From the NCBI GenBank assembly GCA_025054935.1, contig JANWZD010000006.1:24228-88227 (forward strand): a stretch of 64,000 bases of DNA, in the 5' to 3' direction. How positions within the stretch are numbered: position 1 is the stretch's first letter; each line of letters begins with the position of its first letter. The DNA comes from Dehalococcoidia bacterium. Its GTDB lineage: Bacteria; Chloroflexota; Dehalococcoidia; SpSt-223. Under the pieces are notes generated by a model. That model did no database searches. It was given only the letters and a program-made list of their open reading frames with translations, and had not been told where the DNA came from. The position numbers were made by a program, and so were the translations under genes. This document shows positions 19,403-29,835 of this stretch, piece by piece.

Positions 19403-21535
19403 CTACCGGAGCGAGAGTAGGTAATCCTGCTCAAGGCGCAGCCCGCTCCCCGCAAGCTCGCCCTGCGCCTCCAGCAGCAGCCGAACCGGCCCGGTCCAGC
19501 GGGGAACGTCGATCAGGATGGGAAGTTCGACGGCGTCGCCCGCAGGAACAAGAAGCGGTTGGTGCACGGCGACCGTCTGCTCGGCAATGCGGCGTCCTTC
19601 GGCGAGCCAGCGCACGGAAAGACGATACGGCTCCGCGATGCGCGGCACAAACGGCGCGTGGTCGGCGTTGGCGAGGATAAGCCACGCTTCGGCGCGCTCC
19701 CCAGCGCGCGCGTGCTGAGGCGCCTCAAGGGCGAGGGTTACCTTATCCCGCGCCGCCAGCGGCGCCTCCGGCACTCGGTAGACGAGGGCTGTGTCGAAGG
19801 TCGCCGCCGGCGCCATGCCGCGCGCCTCCGCCCGGCGGAGAAGCGCTTCAAACGACGTCGGCGGCATCTCGCCGCGATGAACGACGACAAATTCGACCCC
19901 AAGGCCATACAGGACTGCCAGCGTGTCATCATCGGGGAAGCCCGCCATTCGCCGCGAGAGGTCTTTTAGGGTCGGGGGAATGAACCCTCGGTAGCCGTTG
20001 AGCAGCGGCCGCCAGTGGAGCGTTCCCCGCAGCATCCGGGAGGTCTCGTACCATTGCTCCCTTGTGTGAAGCAGCATCGGCAACTCAACGATCGGCGCGC
20101 GGCCCGGCTGCTCGGCCAGCCATCGCGAGACGGCGGGAGGGTGGTCGTCGATCCGCTCCTCAGGGCGGAGAAACGGCAGCGAGAGCGACTCGGTGACCGC
20201 AAACCCCGTGATCAGCAGCGCGGCAACCGCAGCCCCTCCTATGCCGAGGGAATGGCCGGCCCGCTGCAGCGGCGGCCAAGCGGCGAGGCGGGGCAGCAGC
20301 CATGCGAGCGCGAACCCCGCAAGGAGAGCGAGCGCGAGCGTGACGAAGACTGCTGCTCGTGCCGGAACGCGGACGCCGCGGGTGACCGGCAGGAGATCGT
20401 AAAGAAGACCATAGACCCGAACATCGGGCAAGGGCGGGGGGAGCGGCGCAAGCCCCAGCGAGAAATTCCCCGTCACTCCCGCGACCGCCACAGCAGCGAG
20501 GAGAAGCCCCCGGCGGCCGCGGCTGACTGGCAGCGCGAGCGAGAGCGCGCCGATGGCGCCGAGCGTGAGCAGCGTGATCCCCGGGAAGAGCGAGTGCTCG
20601 GTCCATGCCGGATGACGCCACGGCGCCGTGAGCGATCCGTACAGCCAGCTGAACGGTGAGGCGACGAGATAGTCGAGCGGCGAGGCGCTGTACAGCGCAG
20701 TCTCAGCAGCATCGCGGGTGAAGCCGAGCTGCTCGCTCAGCCGAAGATAGAGGAGGCCGAGCGGCGCGTTGACGAGCGCAATCACGCCCGCCGCCGCGGC
20801 CAGCCCTCCAAGCGTCCGGCGGGTGATCAGGCGCGGAGCCGAGAGCAGGCGGACGAGGCACCACACGCCCACCGTGAGCGGGTAGACCAGAACGAAGTTG
20901 TAGGCGGAAAGCAGCTGCGCCGTTGCGGCGAGCGTGAACCCCGCAAGGTCGCGGAGGCGACCGACGGCGATCCAGCGGTCGAGCAGCCAGAGCGAGAACG
21001 GCACCCACTGCACCGACAAGATATGGAGATGGCCGGCATGCACAAGGCGGACGCCGCTGAACGAAAAGAGCGCGCCGGCCGCAAAGGCCGCCCAGCGGTT
21101 TCCTGTCCAGCGGCGGACGAGCAGATAGACCCCAACGGCGCTGAGCAAGAAGGTGGAGAGCAGCAGAAGGTTGTACGCGAGGACGGGGCTGCCTGTCAGC
21201 TTGATGATCGGCCACGCCTGAACCGCCTGCGCAAAGAAATGCTCGTCGTACAGCATCGTGAGCTGGTAGGGGTAAAAAATCGGACCCGTCAAGATCGTCT
21301 CAAGCCGGCTGGGAAAGGCCGCGGCGTACCACGCGAGCGCCCAAGCGGTCAACATCCCGTCGCCGGAGGGCACAAGCGTGGTCGGAAAGCGCAGCAGCGG
21401 ATAGGTCACGACGAGAGTGAGGAGGAGGTAGCCGGCAGCGACAAGGCCCCACTCGCGGAGCGCCCAGCTCGATCGCACGCCCGAGGCAGACTGGGCTCCT
21501 GCCGCCTTCTCTGCCGCTGTCAGAACGCCGCTCAT
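19403..21535 (-). CDS. YfhO-like GT-C membrane glycosyltransferase with C-terminal Ig-like domain
   Basis: GDGML.AWALAW, IFYPY..T.LYDEH, GVRVPARAA, PLLNGYRGF. Clear paralog of 16537-18360. Confidence 0.78.
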   Translation of the reverse strand: MSGVLTAAEKAAGAQSASGVRSSWALREWGLVAAGYLLLTLVVTYPLLRFPTTLVPSGDGMLTAWALAWYAAAFPSRLETILTGPIFYPYQLTMLYDEHFFAQAVQAWPIIKLTGSPVLAYNLLLLSTFLLSAVGVYLLVRRWTGNRWAAFAAGALFSFSGVRLVHAGHLHILSVQWVPFSLWLLDRWIAVGRLRDLAGFTLAATAQLLSAYNFVLVYPLTVGVWCLVRLLSAPRLITRRTLGGLAAAAGVIALVNAPLGLLYLRLSEQLGFTRDAAETALYSASPLDYLVASPFSWLYGSLTAPWRHPAWTEHSLFPGITLLTLGAIGALSLALPVSRGRRGLLLAAVAVAGVTGNFSLGLAPLPPPLPDVRVYGLLYDLLPVTRGVRVPARAAVFVTLALALLAGFALAWLLPRLAAWPPLQRAGHSLGIGGAAVAALLITGFAVTESLSLPFLRPEERIDDHPPAVSRWLAEQPGRAPIVELPMLLHTREQWYETSRMLRGTLHWRPLLNGYRGFIPPTLKDLSRRMAGFPDDDTLAVLYGLGVEFVVVHRGEMPPTSFEALLRRAEARGMAPAATFDTALVYRVPEAPLAARDKVTLALEAPQHARAGERAEAWLILANADHAPFVPRIAEPYRLSVRWLAEGRRIAEQTVAVHQPLLVPAGDAVELPILIDVPRWTGPVRLLLEAQGELAGSGLRLEQDYLLSLR

Positions 21536-21539
21536 GACG

Positions 21540-22374
21540 CGCCGAGCATTCTAGCAACCGGAGCCGACAGTAGCTGGCTGTGCATGGACCTGCTTCCGCT
21601 AGGCCGCCGGCAAAGAGCAGCACAATGTCGGCGGCAGGACTGACCACTGTCTCTCCTCGTCAGCGTCCCCCAACTCGGAGTTCTCGCGGCAGGGAGCGTC
21701 CACGACATGCAGCCCATGAGCGCGCTCGATGCTGGACGAGGCGCGTGTCCGCCTCGATGAGTGCGATACGACCTCGGCGTGGGCAGGCAACGGCTGCCGC
21801 TCCAGTTCGGTGCGCAGCCAGCGCTTCGCGGCAGTCCGGCGCCTGCCCGCAAGGGAGCGCGGCGCAGTTCCGCGCCCCTGCAGACGGAACGCGGCTGGAG
21901 CGCCGGGCATCCGACAGCCTAGCAGGGGTCCGCGCTAGGGGAGGAGCATGCCGCGCGGAGGACATCTTGGCCGTTCGTCCGGCGGACCGACAATCGTCAG
22001 GGATCGAGATGCGGCGCCGCCCTGCAAGCCGTCGCGTGCGGCACTGCCCGAGGCCGAGAGCGCGCTTCGCCCGCAGCAGCGCCGCGACAGGCGGCTGCGC
22101 TGCCGCAACGCGCCGAGATGACGGGGAGGAAGTAGCGTCGCCGTCCTGCAGAGCCGAGGAGGAGGGCAAGCGCCAAGCGCGCTCGTTCGGACTGCTGCCG
22201 CTGAGAGCCGGTCCGCCTTTCGGCGCACGATGCGCGAGGAAGCAGGACGCAGCCCGCAATCGCGCGGGCCGCAGGGAGGCAGGGGAGCGTCAGCCGACGA
22301 GGCGCCGCGCTGCGCAGCAACGCGATCGCCTCACGCCGCTGCGAGGGAGACGCAGCCGCAAGGCGCTCGATCAC
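21540..22374 (-). pseudogene. Probable degraded GT-C membrane glycosyltransferase remnant
   Basis: GTGA-coupled start at 22374. Fragments in shifting frames: LALALLLG..RRYFLPVI and RTAAKRWLRTEL..LPAHAEVVS. No intact long ORF. Confidence 0.45.
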
Positions 22375-24383
22375 CCTCGACTGCGCAGCAGCGCCGCCGG
22401 CACGAAGGAATGATGCATCGGACCAGGAGTGGGGAGATCGACCGAGTTCGGGATGATACGCGGCGGGGACACGCTCGCTGCGAGGGCGTCTGCCGGCTCG
22501 AAGATGATCGTGACCGGCGTCCCTGGCGGCACCGACGACGGAATGGCGCTCAAGTCGACCTCGATCTTCGCAATCGGCTGCATCGACGATGTGACGAACT
22601 CAACCAGCGGGGTCACGGTCACCCAGCGCCTGGGGTCGACATCCGGAATGCCGGGCGGCAAGACGAACCGGAACCGGAACCGGATCGGGCGCGGGGCGGT
22701 CGTTCGCGCGGAGAAGAAATACGGCGCGCCCAAGGCGATCGGAGGCACCCGCAGCGAGGTCGGCGGCAGATAGCCTGTTCGGCCGGCGTCGAGGTGGAAC
22801 ATCGGCCATTCGGTTGTCGGCGGCAGATGACGCAGGATCCACTTATATACCCAGCCATTGGTCGCGTCGGTCCCAGGGGTCTCGAAGAGGTTGCCCCCGA
22901 CGACATACAGCTCCAATTGCCCATCGCCGTCGAGGTCGCCGATCGCCGGGCTCGCCTGAACGATAAAGTTCGTGTGATAGCTCGCGATCTGGTTGCCCGC
23001 TGCGTCGAACTCGGCAACACCCCAGTCGACAGCCTGAAAGATGTGCCCCCCTGCGATCACCGGCGAGGTGCGCAGCCCGTCGGTCTTGTTATCGCGGTCA
23101 ACCGGCCGGCGCGACCAGAGCTCTCGCCCGTCCGAATCTACGAGCAGCAGCCGGCTGTTTTCGAACTGGGTGTGGCCAGTCCCATACGCAACCGCAATCT
23201 GGTAGGTCGGCAAGCCAAGGGCAGAGGTCCGGCCACGCAGGTTGGCAAGCGCCGGCGAGCTGTATCCTCCAAACCCCTCAAAGCGGACCCGCCACTTCTC
23301 GGCGCCGGTCGCTGCGCTGACGCAGATAAGATGATTGTCCGGCCGCGGGGTCTGCTGGCCGACGCGACGCGAGGCTCCCGTTTCGCGGTAGAACGGCCCG
23401 GTCGCGAAGACTACTTCAAGGTCCCCGTCGCCGTCAATGTCCGCAACGGCCGGCGCGGCGAAGATCGTATCTTCATAGAAGTTGCGCCAGAGCAGTGTTC
23501 CGTCCGGCCGAAAGGCGTTAAGAAAGCCGCCGCCAAGCTGCTCGACGCCCCCCGCTACCGAGGGGCCGATATCTTGGCCGATGAAGAAGTGATAGCGCCC
23601 CGGCACCGATGCGGCGCTCCACGTGCGATTGACGCTCAGGTCGCCGATGGCGGGCGTCGACCAGACGGAGTCGGCGGCGTGGAACTCCCACAGTTTCCGG
23701 CCGGCGGCGTCAACGAGGTAAATCCAGCGGTCCCACCCGCCGTACATGATATCGAGGGTCGGGCCTTGATAGCGGGATGCAAGCACCGCCGAGCCATAGA
23801 CGGGGTCACGGATGCCGTCTCCTCGCCCTGCCGGCCAGTCATCATGACCGGTGTCGAAATTCCACAGCAGTTCGAAGCGGCGCGTCTGCCGGTTGAAGCG
23901 GTAGCAGTGCATGCCGTTGTCGGGAGCAATGTTATCGTCCACATCACCGCCGACCGGCACGAGCACGCACGGGTCGGCGCCCGGCTGGAGCGCTCCTACC
24001 GAGACAGCCCCGTTGATCGGCCCGATCGTCGGCTGCTCGGCGACAATCTCGAGGGTGTTCGCGCCGCTGCTTCGGACGACAAACACCTTCGCTTCGCCGC
24101 GCCGGTCGTAGGCGCCGCTGACCAAGCGAGCGCGCGTCGTCCCGAAGATCAACTCGGGGCGACCGTCGCCGTCGATGTCATACACCGCAGGAGAACTGCG
24201 GCCGACAAGACCGGCAGGAAGCCGCAGCGTTGCGTCCGGGCGGCTGTTGGAGACGGGCGCCGCCTCTGCCCGGCCTGCGCCTCGCAGCGCAGCCGCGCCT
24301 ATGCCCGCTGCCGCTGCGGTCAATACCGTTCGCCGTGGAATCTGCTGGCGCCGGAAGGATGGTCCGTCGGTTCGTCGCGCCAT
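22371..24383 (-). CDS. Tat-exported FG-GAP/VCBS-repeat beta-propeller protein
   Basis: Tat signal PRRTVL..AAAGIGAAAL..AEA. Repeats SSPAVYDIDGDGRPE, AAPAVADIDGDGDLE, ASPAIGDLDGDGQLE. WPMFH.D..RTG closure motif. Confidence 0.85.
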   Translation of the reverse strand: MARRTDGPSFRRQQIPRRTVLTAAAAGIGAAALRGAGRAEAAPVSNSRPDATLRLPAGLVGRSSPAVYDIDGDGRPELIFGTTRARLVSGAYDRRGEAKVFVVRSSGANTLEIVAEQPTIGPINGAVSVGALQPGADPCVLVPVGGDVDDNIAPDNGMHCYRFNRQTRRFELLWNFDTGHDDWPAGRGDGIRDPVYGSAVLASRYQGPTLDIMYGGWDRWIYLVDAAGRKLWEFHAADSVWSTPAIGDLSVNRTWSAASVPGRYHFFIGQDIGPSVAGGVEQLGGGFLNAFRPDGTLLWRNFYEDTIFAAPAVADIDGDGDLEVVFATGPFYRETGASRRVGQQTPRPDNHLICVSAATGAEKWRVRFEGFGGYSSPALANLRGRTSALGLPTYQIAVAYGTGHTQFENSRLLLVDSDGRELWSRRPVDRDNKTDGLRTSPVIAGGHIFQAVDWGVAEFDAAGNQIASYHTNFIVQASPAIGDLDGDGQLELYVVGGNLFETPGTDATNGWVYKWILRHLPPTTEWPMFHLDAGRTGYLPPTSLRVPPIALGAPYFFSARTTAPRPIRFRFRFVLPPGIPDVDPRRWVTVTPLVEFVTSSMQPIAKIEVDLSAIPSSVPPGTPVTIIFEPADALAASVSPPRIIPNSVDLPTPGPMHHSFVPAALLRSRG

Positions 24384-24523
24384 CTTCGCTCCACTGCGCT
24401 CCGCTCGGGCAGCAAGCGCGCGCTGTCCCTACCCGAGCGACAGAAATGTGCAAAGCTGCTTAAAGATTCTATCGTCGAGCAGTGCAGCAGCCTCGATAGC
24501 GAAGTCGAGCTCGGCGAAGAGCG

Positions 24524-25813
24524 CTACGCCGCGAACGGCGCGAGGGCGCCCGCGAGGTCCGGGGGAACCCGCGCTTCGAGGCAGATGCCGCGGTCGGTGT
24601 AGTCTTCACGGTCGACTCGACCGCGCTGCCGGACCTGGCTGACAATGCCTTCCTGCCCATAGGGAATCGTAACGCGCACTCGCTGCCAGCCCGCGACGAG
24701 CGCCTGCTGTACTGCCGCAAGCAAGCGGTCGAGCCCCCATCCCCGCGCCGCCGCAATCGGGACGACGCCAGGACCGCCATACTCCCGCTCGGCGAGACGG
24801 AGCGCGCCTTCGCCGGCGTCGGGGTAGAGCAGATCGACTTTGTTGAGCACAAGAACGGTCGGCGTGCGGTCGACCCCGAGCTCACGCAGCACTTGCTCAA
24901 CAGTCGCCCGATGCTGCTCCGCGTTGGGGTGAGAGATATCGAGCACATGCAGGAGGACATCAGCGTCTTCCAGTTCTTCAAGGGTGGCGCGGAAAGCCGC
25001 GACGAGGGTCGCCGGCAGTTTCTGGATGAAGCCGACTGTGTCAGAGAAGAGCACCGTCTGCTGGCCGGGCAGCGTCACCTGCCGCGTCGTCGGGTCAAGA
25101 GTGGCAAACAGCTTGTCTTCGGCCAGCACGCCGGCGTCGGTGAGGGCGTTGAGTAGGGTGCTCTTGCCGGCGTTGGTATAGCCGACGATCGCCACGACGG
25201 GAATGCCGTGCCGGCGGCGATTTTGGCGATACAGCTGACGATGCCGGCGCACCTCCTCGAGTTCGCGCTTCAGGTGCGCGATGCGGTCGCGCGCAAGGCG
25301 CCGGTCGGTCTCAATCTGGGTCTCGCCGGGCCCGCGGGTGCCGATGCCGCCGCCCAGCCGTTCGAGGTGAGACCACTGGCCCGCCAGGCGCGGCAAAAGG
25401 TACTCGGTCTGCGCGAGCTCGACTTGAAGCCGGCCTTCGCGCGTGCGGGCGCGGCGGGCGAAGATGTCGAGGATGAGGGCGGTCCGGTCTATCACCTTGA
25501 TGCCGAGCGCCTTCTCCAGATTGCGCTGCTGGGTCGGCGACAGCTCATCGTCGAAAATGGCCACTGTCGCGCCCGTCTCCTCGCAGCGCGCCTTCACCTC
25601 CTCGACTTTTCCGGCGCCGAGATAGGTCGCCGCATCCGGCCGATGGCGGCGCTGGAACACCGCATCCACGACCTCCGCCCCGGCGGTGGCAGCGAGCTGC
25701 GCCAACTCTTCCAGCGAGTCCTCGACGCTGAAGAGCGTCGGCTTCTCCGTCTCAACGGCAATCAGCAGGGCGCGCTCGCGCGGCGGCTCAACAGGATGGA
25801 CAGTGCGCGCGAT
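24524..25813 (-). CDS. hflX: Ribosome-splitting GTPase HflX (apparent ATC start at 25813)
   Basis: RERALLI..SLEELAQLA, LSPTQQRNLE, GGIGTRGPGETQIETDRR, GYTNAGKSTL, LFATLDPT, DTVGF, NKVD. SD AAGGAGG 6 nt before ATC. Confidence 0.96.
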   Translation of the reverse strand: MARTVHPVEPPRERALLIAVETEKPTLFSVEDSLEELAQLAATAGAEVVDAVFQRRHRPDAATYLGAGKVEEVKARCEETGATVAIFDDELSPTQQRNLEKALGIKVIDRTALILDIFARRARTREGRLQVELAQTEYLLPRLAGQWSHLERLGGGIGTRGPGETQIETDRRLARDRIAHLKRELEEVRRHRQLYRQNRRRHGIPVVAIVGYTNAGKSTLLNALTDAGVLAEDKLFATLDPTTRQVTLPGQQTVLFSDTVGFIQKLPATLVAAFRATLEELEDADVLLHVLDISHPNAEQHRATVEQVLRELGVDRTPTVLVLNKVDLLYPDAGEGALRLAEREYGGPGVVPIAAARGWGLDRLLAAVQQALVAGWQRVRVTIPYGQEGIVSQVRQRGRVDREDYTDRGICLEARVPPDLAGALAPFAA

Positions 25814-25834
25814 AGGTTCCCTCCTTACTCTCGC

Positions 25835-27016
25835 TTATGACGCCGCGAGCGCCTCCTCCGGCTTCCAAGCGGCGAGGCGCCGCATCGCTTCCTCGATCCG
25901 CTCGGTCGGAGCGGTCAGCGAGATCCGGACATAGCCTTCGCCGCTCGGTCCGTAGCCGATCCCCGGCGTGACGAAGACCGCCGTTTCCTCGACGAGGCGA
26001 GCGGAAAAATCGATCGACTTCACGCCTGCCGGCAACGCCGCCCAGACGTAGAGGCTCGCCTTCGGCTTCGGCGCCCGCAGCCCAATCTTGTTCAGCACCT
26101 CGCAGACCAGGTCGCGACGATACTGGAGGATGGCGTTGTTGCGGAAGACCGCATCCATCGGCCCGTTCAGCGCCGCGATCGCCATCTCCTGAATGGCTTG
26201 GGGAATGCCGCTGTCGAGGTTCGACTTGACCCGCAGCAGCGCATCGATGATCCGCGCGTTGCCGACCGCCATGCCGACGCGCCAGCCGGTCATGTTGTAG
26301 GTTTTCGACAGCGAATGAAACTCGACGCCGACGTCGCGAGCACCGGGCACCTCGAGGAAGCTGTGGGGCCGGTAGCCGTCGTAGGCGACCTCGGTATACG
26401 GCGCGTCATGGAGGACGGCGACATCGTATTTCTTGGCAAAGTGAACGCAGCGCTCGAAGAAGTCGAGCTCAGCAACCGCGCCGGTCGGATTATTCGGGTA
26501 GTTGATCCAGAGCACCTTTGCCTTCCGCGCCACCTCCTCCGGAATGGCATCGAGGTCGGGCTTCCAGCCGCGCTCCTCCGTCAAGGGCAGCCAGTAGGTC
26601 TCGCCGCCGGCGAACATCGTGCCGACCGAATAGACCGGATAGCCGGGGTCGGTCACGAGGGCGAGGTCCCCGGGATCGATAAAACAGAGCGCGATATGGC
26701 CGATCCCCTCTTTGGAGCCGATCAGCGGCAGCACTTCCTTGTTCGGGTCGAGCCTCACCCCGAAGCGGCGCTCATACCATCCTGCGATCGCCTCGCGCAG
26801 CTGCGGGAGCCCGTCGCTCTCCGGGTAGCGATGATTGGCCGGCACGCGTGCCGCCTCCACAAGGCGGTCAATGATGTAGTCTGGAGTGGGGATGTCGGGG
26901 TCGCCGATGCCGAGGCTGATCACATCGCGGCCCTCGGCGCGCATGCGGTTGATCTTGCGGGTGACCTCGACGAAGAGGTACGGCGGCAGCTTCTCAATGC
27001 GCTGGGCAAATCGCAT
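25835..27016 (-). CDS. dapL: LL-diaminopimelate aminotransferase
   Basis: [48 protein letters not shown]. Adjacent to dapF. Confidence 0.9.
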   Translation of the reverse strand: MRFAQRIEKLPPYLFVEVTRKINRMRAEGRDVISLGIGDPDIPTPDYIIDRLVEAARVPANHRYPESDGLPQLREAIAGWYERRFGVRLDPNKEVLPLIGSKEGIGHIALCFIDPGDLALVTDPGYPVYSVGTMFAGGETYWLPLTEERGWKPDLDAIPEEVARKAKVLWINYPNNPTGAVAELDFFERCVHFAKKYDVAVLHDAPYTEVAYDGYRPHSFLEVPGARDVGVEFHSLSKTYNMTGWRVGMAVGNARIIDALLRVKSNLDSGIPQAIQEMAIAALNGPMDAVFRNNAILQYRRDLVCEVLNKIGLRAPKPKASLYVWAALPAGVKSIDFSARLVEETAVFVTPGIGYGPSGEGYVRISLTAPTERIEEAMRRLAAWKPEEALAAS

Positions 27017-27058
27017 CCTTATCCTCTCTGCTGTGCTGTGAGGCGCCGGAAGAATAGC

Positions 27059-27907
27059 TCAGCGGTCGAGCGGCCACTCCCCGCGGAAGACGAACGCTGC
27101 TGGACCGCGCATCTGCACGGAGCCTCCGTCCCACCGAATAACGAGCGCGCCGCCCGGAAGTCGGACGTCGACCTCTTCGTCGACTAGGCCGTGGAGGCGC
27201 GCCGCCACGACAGCCGCGCACGCCCCGGTCCCGCAGGCGAGCGTCAGCCCTGCGCCGCGCTCCCACACGCGGACATCGAGGCGGCGGCGGTCGCGCACCC
27301 GCGCCACCTCGAAGTTCACCCGCTGCGGGAAAAAGGGGTGCCGCTCCACTTTTGGTCCGAGCGTCTCGAGGGGAACAGCCGAGAGATCCTGTTCAACGAA
27401 GGTGACAGCGTGCGGATTGCCCATCGAGACACAGGTGACCGGGAGGGTCTCGCCGTCGACGACGAGGGGGTAGTCGACAACGCGGGCATCGGCAAGACGC
27501 GTCGTGTCGACCGGGATCTCGGCGGGATCGAGCCGCGGCGGGCCCATGTCGACCGACACCGCTTCGACCACGCCGTCGCGGCGATGCGCCATGACCGTCA
27601 GCACGCCGGCGCCGGTTTCCACCGTGAGCTCATCGCGCGGCGGCACCAGCCCTTCTTCCAAAACAAACTTGGTGTAGCAGCGAATGCCGTTGCCGCACAT
27701 CTCGGCTTCGGAGCCGTCGGGGTTGAAGATGCGCATCCGCAGATCCGCCCGCTCCGACGGCAGGACGAGGATCAGGCCGTCAGCACCGACGCCGTAGTGA
27801 CGGTCGCAGATTGCCTTCGCCAAGGCAGGCCAATCGGCATCGACCGCGCGGGCATCGACCATTACGAAGTCGTTTCCGATGCCGTGCATCTTGGCAAAGC
27901 GCACCAA
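27059..27907 (-). CDS. dapF: Diaminopimelate epimerase
   Basis: KMHGIGNDF, NPDGSEAEMCGNGIRC, SMGNPH, ERGAGLTLACGTGAC. Confidence 0.97.
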   Translation of the reverse strand: MVRFAKMHGIGNDFVMVDARAVDADWPALAKAICDRHYGVGADGLILVLPSERADLRMRIFNPDGSEAEMCGNGIRCYTKFVLEEGLVPPRDELTVETGAGVLTVMAHRRDGVVEAVSVDMGPPRLDPAEIPVDTTRLADARVVDYPLVVDGETLPVTCVSMGNPHAVTFVEQDLSAVPLETLGPKVERHPFFPQRVNFEVARVRDRRRLDVRVWERGAGLTLACGTGACAAVVAARLHGLVDEEVDVRLPGGALVIRWDGGSVQMRGPAAFVFRGEWPLDR

Positions 27908-28836
27908 CTCCTCCGCAGATGAGCGACGACCGCATCGACGAGGTCGGGGCGGTCAGCCGCGAACCATGTGATCGCCGGGTCGTCCAATCGGAACCAAGTA
28001 TACTGCTGCCGCACGAGACGATGGGTTGCCCGCTTGATCCGCTCTTTCGCCTCCTCGAGGCTGAGCGTCCCCGCTACTACTGCCAGCAGCTCACGGTAGC
28101 CGTGGCTGCTCATCGCGGGGGCAGCGGGGGTCAGTCCGGCGTCACGGAGCCGCCGCACTTCGTCCAGCCAGCCGGCGGCGAGCATCGCCTCAACGCGCGC
28201 ATCGACCCGCGCATACAGCGCCGACCGCTCGAGGGTCAAGCCGATCACGGCGGTCTGGTAGGGCGGGGGCTGCACCCGGCCCTGTTCGGAGAACGGCCGG
28301 CCCGTCTTGCGGATCACTTCGATCGCGCGGATCACGCGGCGCAGATTCCGAGGATCGATTTTCGCCGCTGCCGCAGGGTCCCGCTCTGCGAGCTCGCGCA
28401 CCAGGAGGGCGGGGTCGCGGCGCGCGACCTCCTCGAGTTGAGAGCGCAGGGCAGGGTCAGGCGGCACCGGCGGCGGCGCCAGCCCCTGGATCACAGCGCG
28501 AACATACAGCCCGCTCCCGCCGACGAGGATAGGCCGCCGCCGGCGCGCGGCGATGCCGGCGATCGTCGCGCGGGCCGCCGCCAAATATTCTGCCAGCGAA
28601 AACGGCTCCGACGGGTCGCGGTAGGTATACAAATGATGGGGGACGCGCCGTCGCAGCTCGGCAGGGGGCGCCGCAGTCCCGATTTCCATCCCGCGGTAGA
28701 CCTGGCGGCTGTCGGCGTTGACAATCTCTCCGTCCACCTGTTCTGCCAGCGCAACCGCAAGCGCCGACTTGCCGGTTGCCGTCGGCCCGACAATGGCCAC
28801 AAGCGGGATCTGCGGGGGGGAAAGAACGGCACTCAC
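27862..28836 (-). CDS. miaA: tRNA dimethylallyltransferase
   Basis: GPTATGKS, NADSRQVYRGMEIGTA, VGGSGLY, RRVIRAIEV, RQQYTWFR. GTG at 28836 is the likely start. Confidence 0.96.
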   Translation of the reverse strand: MSAVLSPPQIPLVAIVGPTATGKSALAVALAEQVDGEIVNADSRQVYRGMEIGTAAPPAELRRRVPHHLYTYRDPSEPFSLAEYLAAARATIAGIAARRRRPILVGGSGLYVRAVIQGLAPPPVPPDPALRSQLEEVARRDPALLVRELAERDPAAAAKIDPRNLRRVIRAIEVIRKTGRPFSEQGRVQPPPYQTAVIGLTLERSALYARVDARVEAMLAAGWLDEVRRLRDAGLTPAAPAMSSHGYRELLAVVAGTLSLEEAKERIKRATHRLVRQQYTWFRLDDPAITWFAADRPDLVDAVVAHLRRSWCALPRCTASETTS

Positions 28837-28877
28837 ATACGCAATTGTGCGCCATAATCGGGAGGCAAGGAGGAACG

Positions 28878-29741
28878 ATGGAGCTGGCACACCCCGAGTA
28901 TCTGGTCGACTGCGCCTGGCTGCGCGATCACCTGAATGACCCGGCGGTACGCATTCTCGAATCGACGGTGCACCTGCGCCGCGAAGGCGACCAGATGATC
29001 CGGATCAGCGGGCGCTCCGAGTTTGAGACAGGCCATATTCCAGGCGCCCAATTCGCCGACCTCATCGAAGCGCTCTCCGACACTTCCAACCCGCTGCCCT
29101 TCATGTTGCCCTCGCCCGAGCAGTTCGCCCGCGAGGTCGGCCGTCTCGGGGTGAGCAACCGCCACCGCGTGATCTGCTATGACCGCGCTCACGGCACGTG
29201 GGCGACACGCTTATGGTGGATGTTCCGCGCTTTCGGGCACGACAACGTGGCAGTCCTGAACGGCGGCTATCGCGCGTGGCTCGCCGGCGGACATCCGGTC
29301 GAGACGGGAACAGTCCCGCCGTCGCCGGCCGTCTTCACTCCCCGCCTGCGGCCAGAGCTCGTTGCCGGCAAGCGTGAGGTGCTCGCCGCAATCGAGGATG
29401 GCGCTGTCTGCACGATCAACGCCCTCGCTCCCGAAGTGCATCGAGGGGAGACCGGGACGTATGCCCGGCGCGGACGCATCCCGAACAGCGTCAATGTGCC
29501 GGCGATGAGCCTGGTCGACCCCGAAACTTGCCTGCTCCGCCCCCCCGAGGAACTGAAGGCGCTGTTTGACGCCGTCGGCGCGCTGTCGCGGGAGCGGGTG
29601 ATCCTCTACTGCGGCGGCGGGATCGCGGCGACAATGGACGCCTTCGTCCTGACGCTCCTCGGGCATGACAATGTCGCAGTCTACGACGGCTCCCTCACCG
29701 AGTGGATGGCTGACGAATCGCTCCCGGTGGAGGTGGGCTGA
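28878..29741 (+). CDS. Tandem-domain rhodanese/sulfurtransferase (SseA-like)
   Basis: SD AAGGAGG. GHIPGA, RLWWMFR.FG, GRIPNS, active loop YCGGGIAA, YDGSLTEW. Confidence 0.92.
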   Translation: MELAHPEYLVDCAWLRDHLNDPAVRILESTVHLRREGDQMIRISGRSEFETGHIPGAQFADLIEALSDTSNPLPFMLPSPEQFAREVGRLGVSNRHRVICYDRAHGTWATRLWWMFRAFGHDNVAVLNGGYRAWLAGGHPVETGTVPPSPAVFTPRLRPELVAGKREVLAAIEDGAVCTINALAPEVHRGETGTYARRGRIPNSVNVPAMSLVDPETCLLRPPEELKALFDAVGALSRERVILYCGGGIAATMDAFVLTLLGHDNVAVYDGSLTEWMADESLPVEVG

Positions 29742-29835
29742 GCGCGCCGGTCCGGCCGGCGCGCTCCTCTCCAAGGCGTGGGCGCGCCCTCTCTGCCGCT
29801 CGGAGGCGCGCGCCCGCAGCAGAGCGAAGCGCTGC

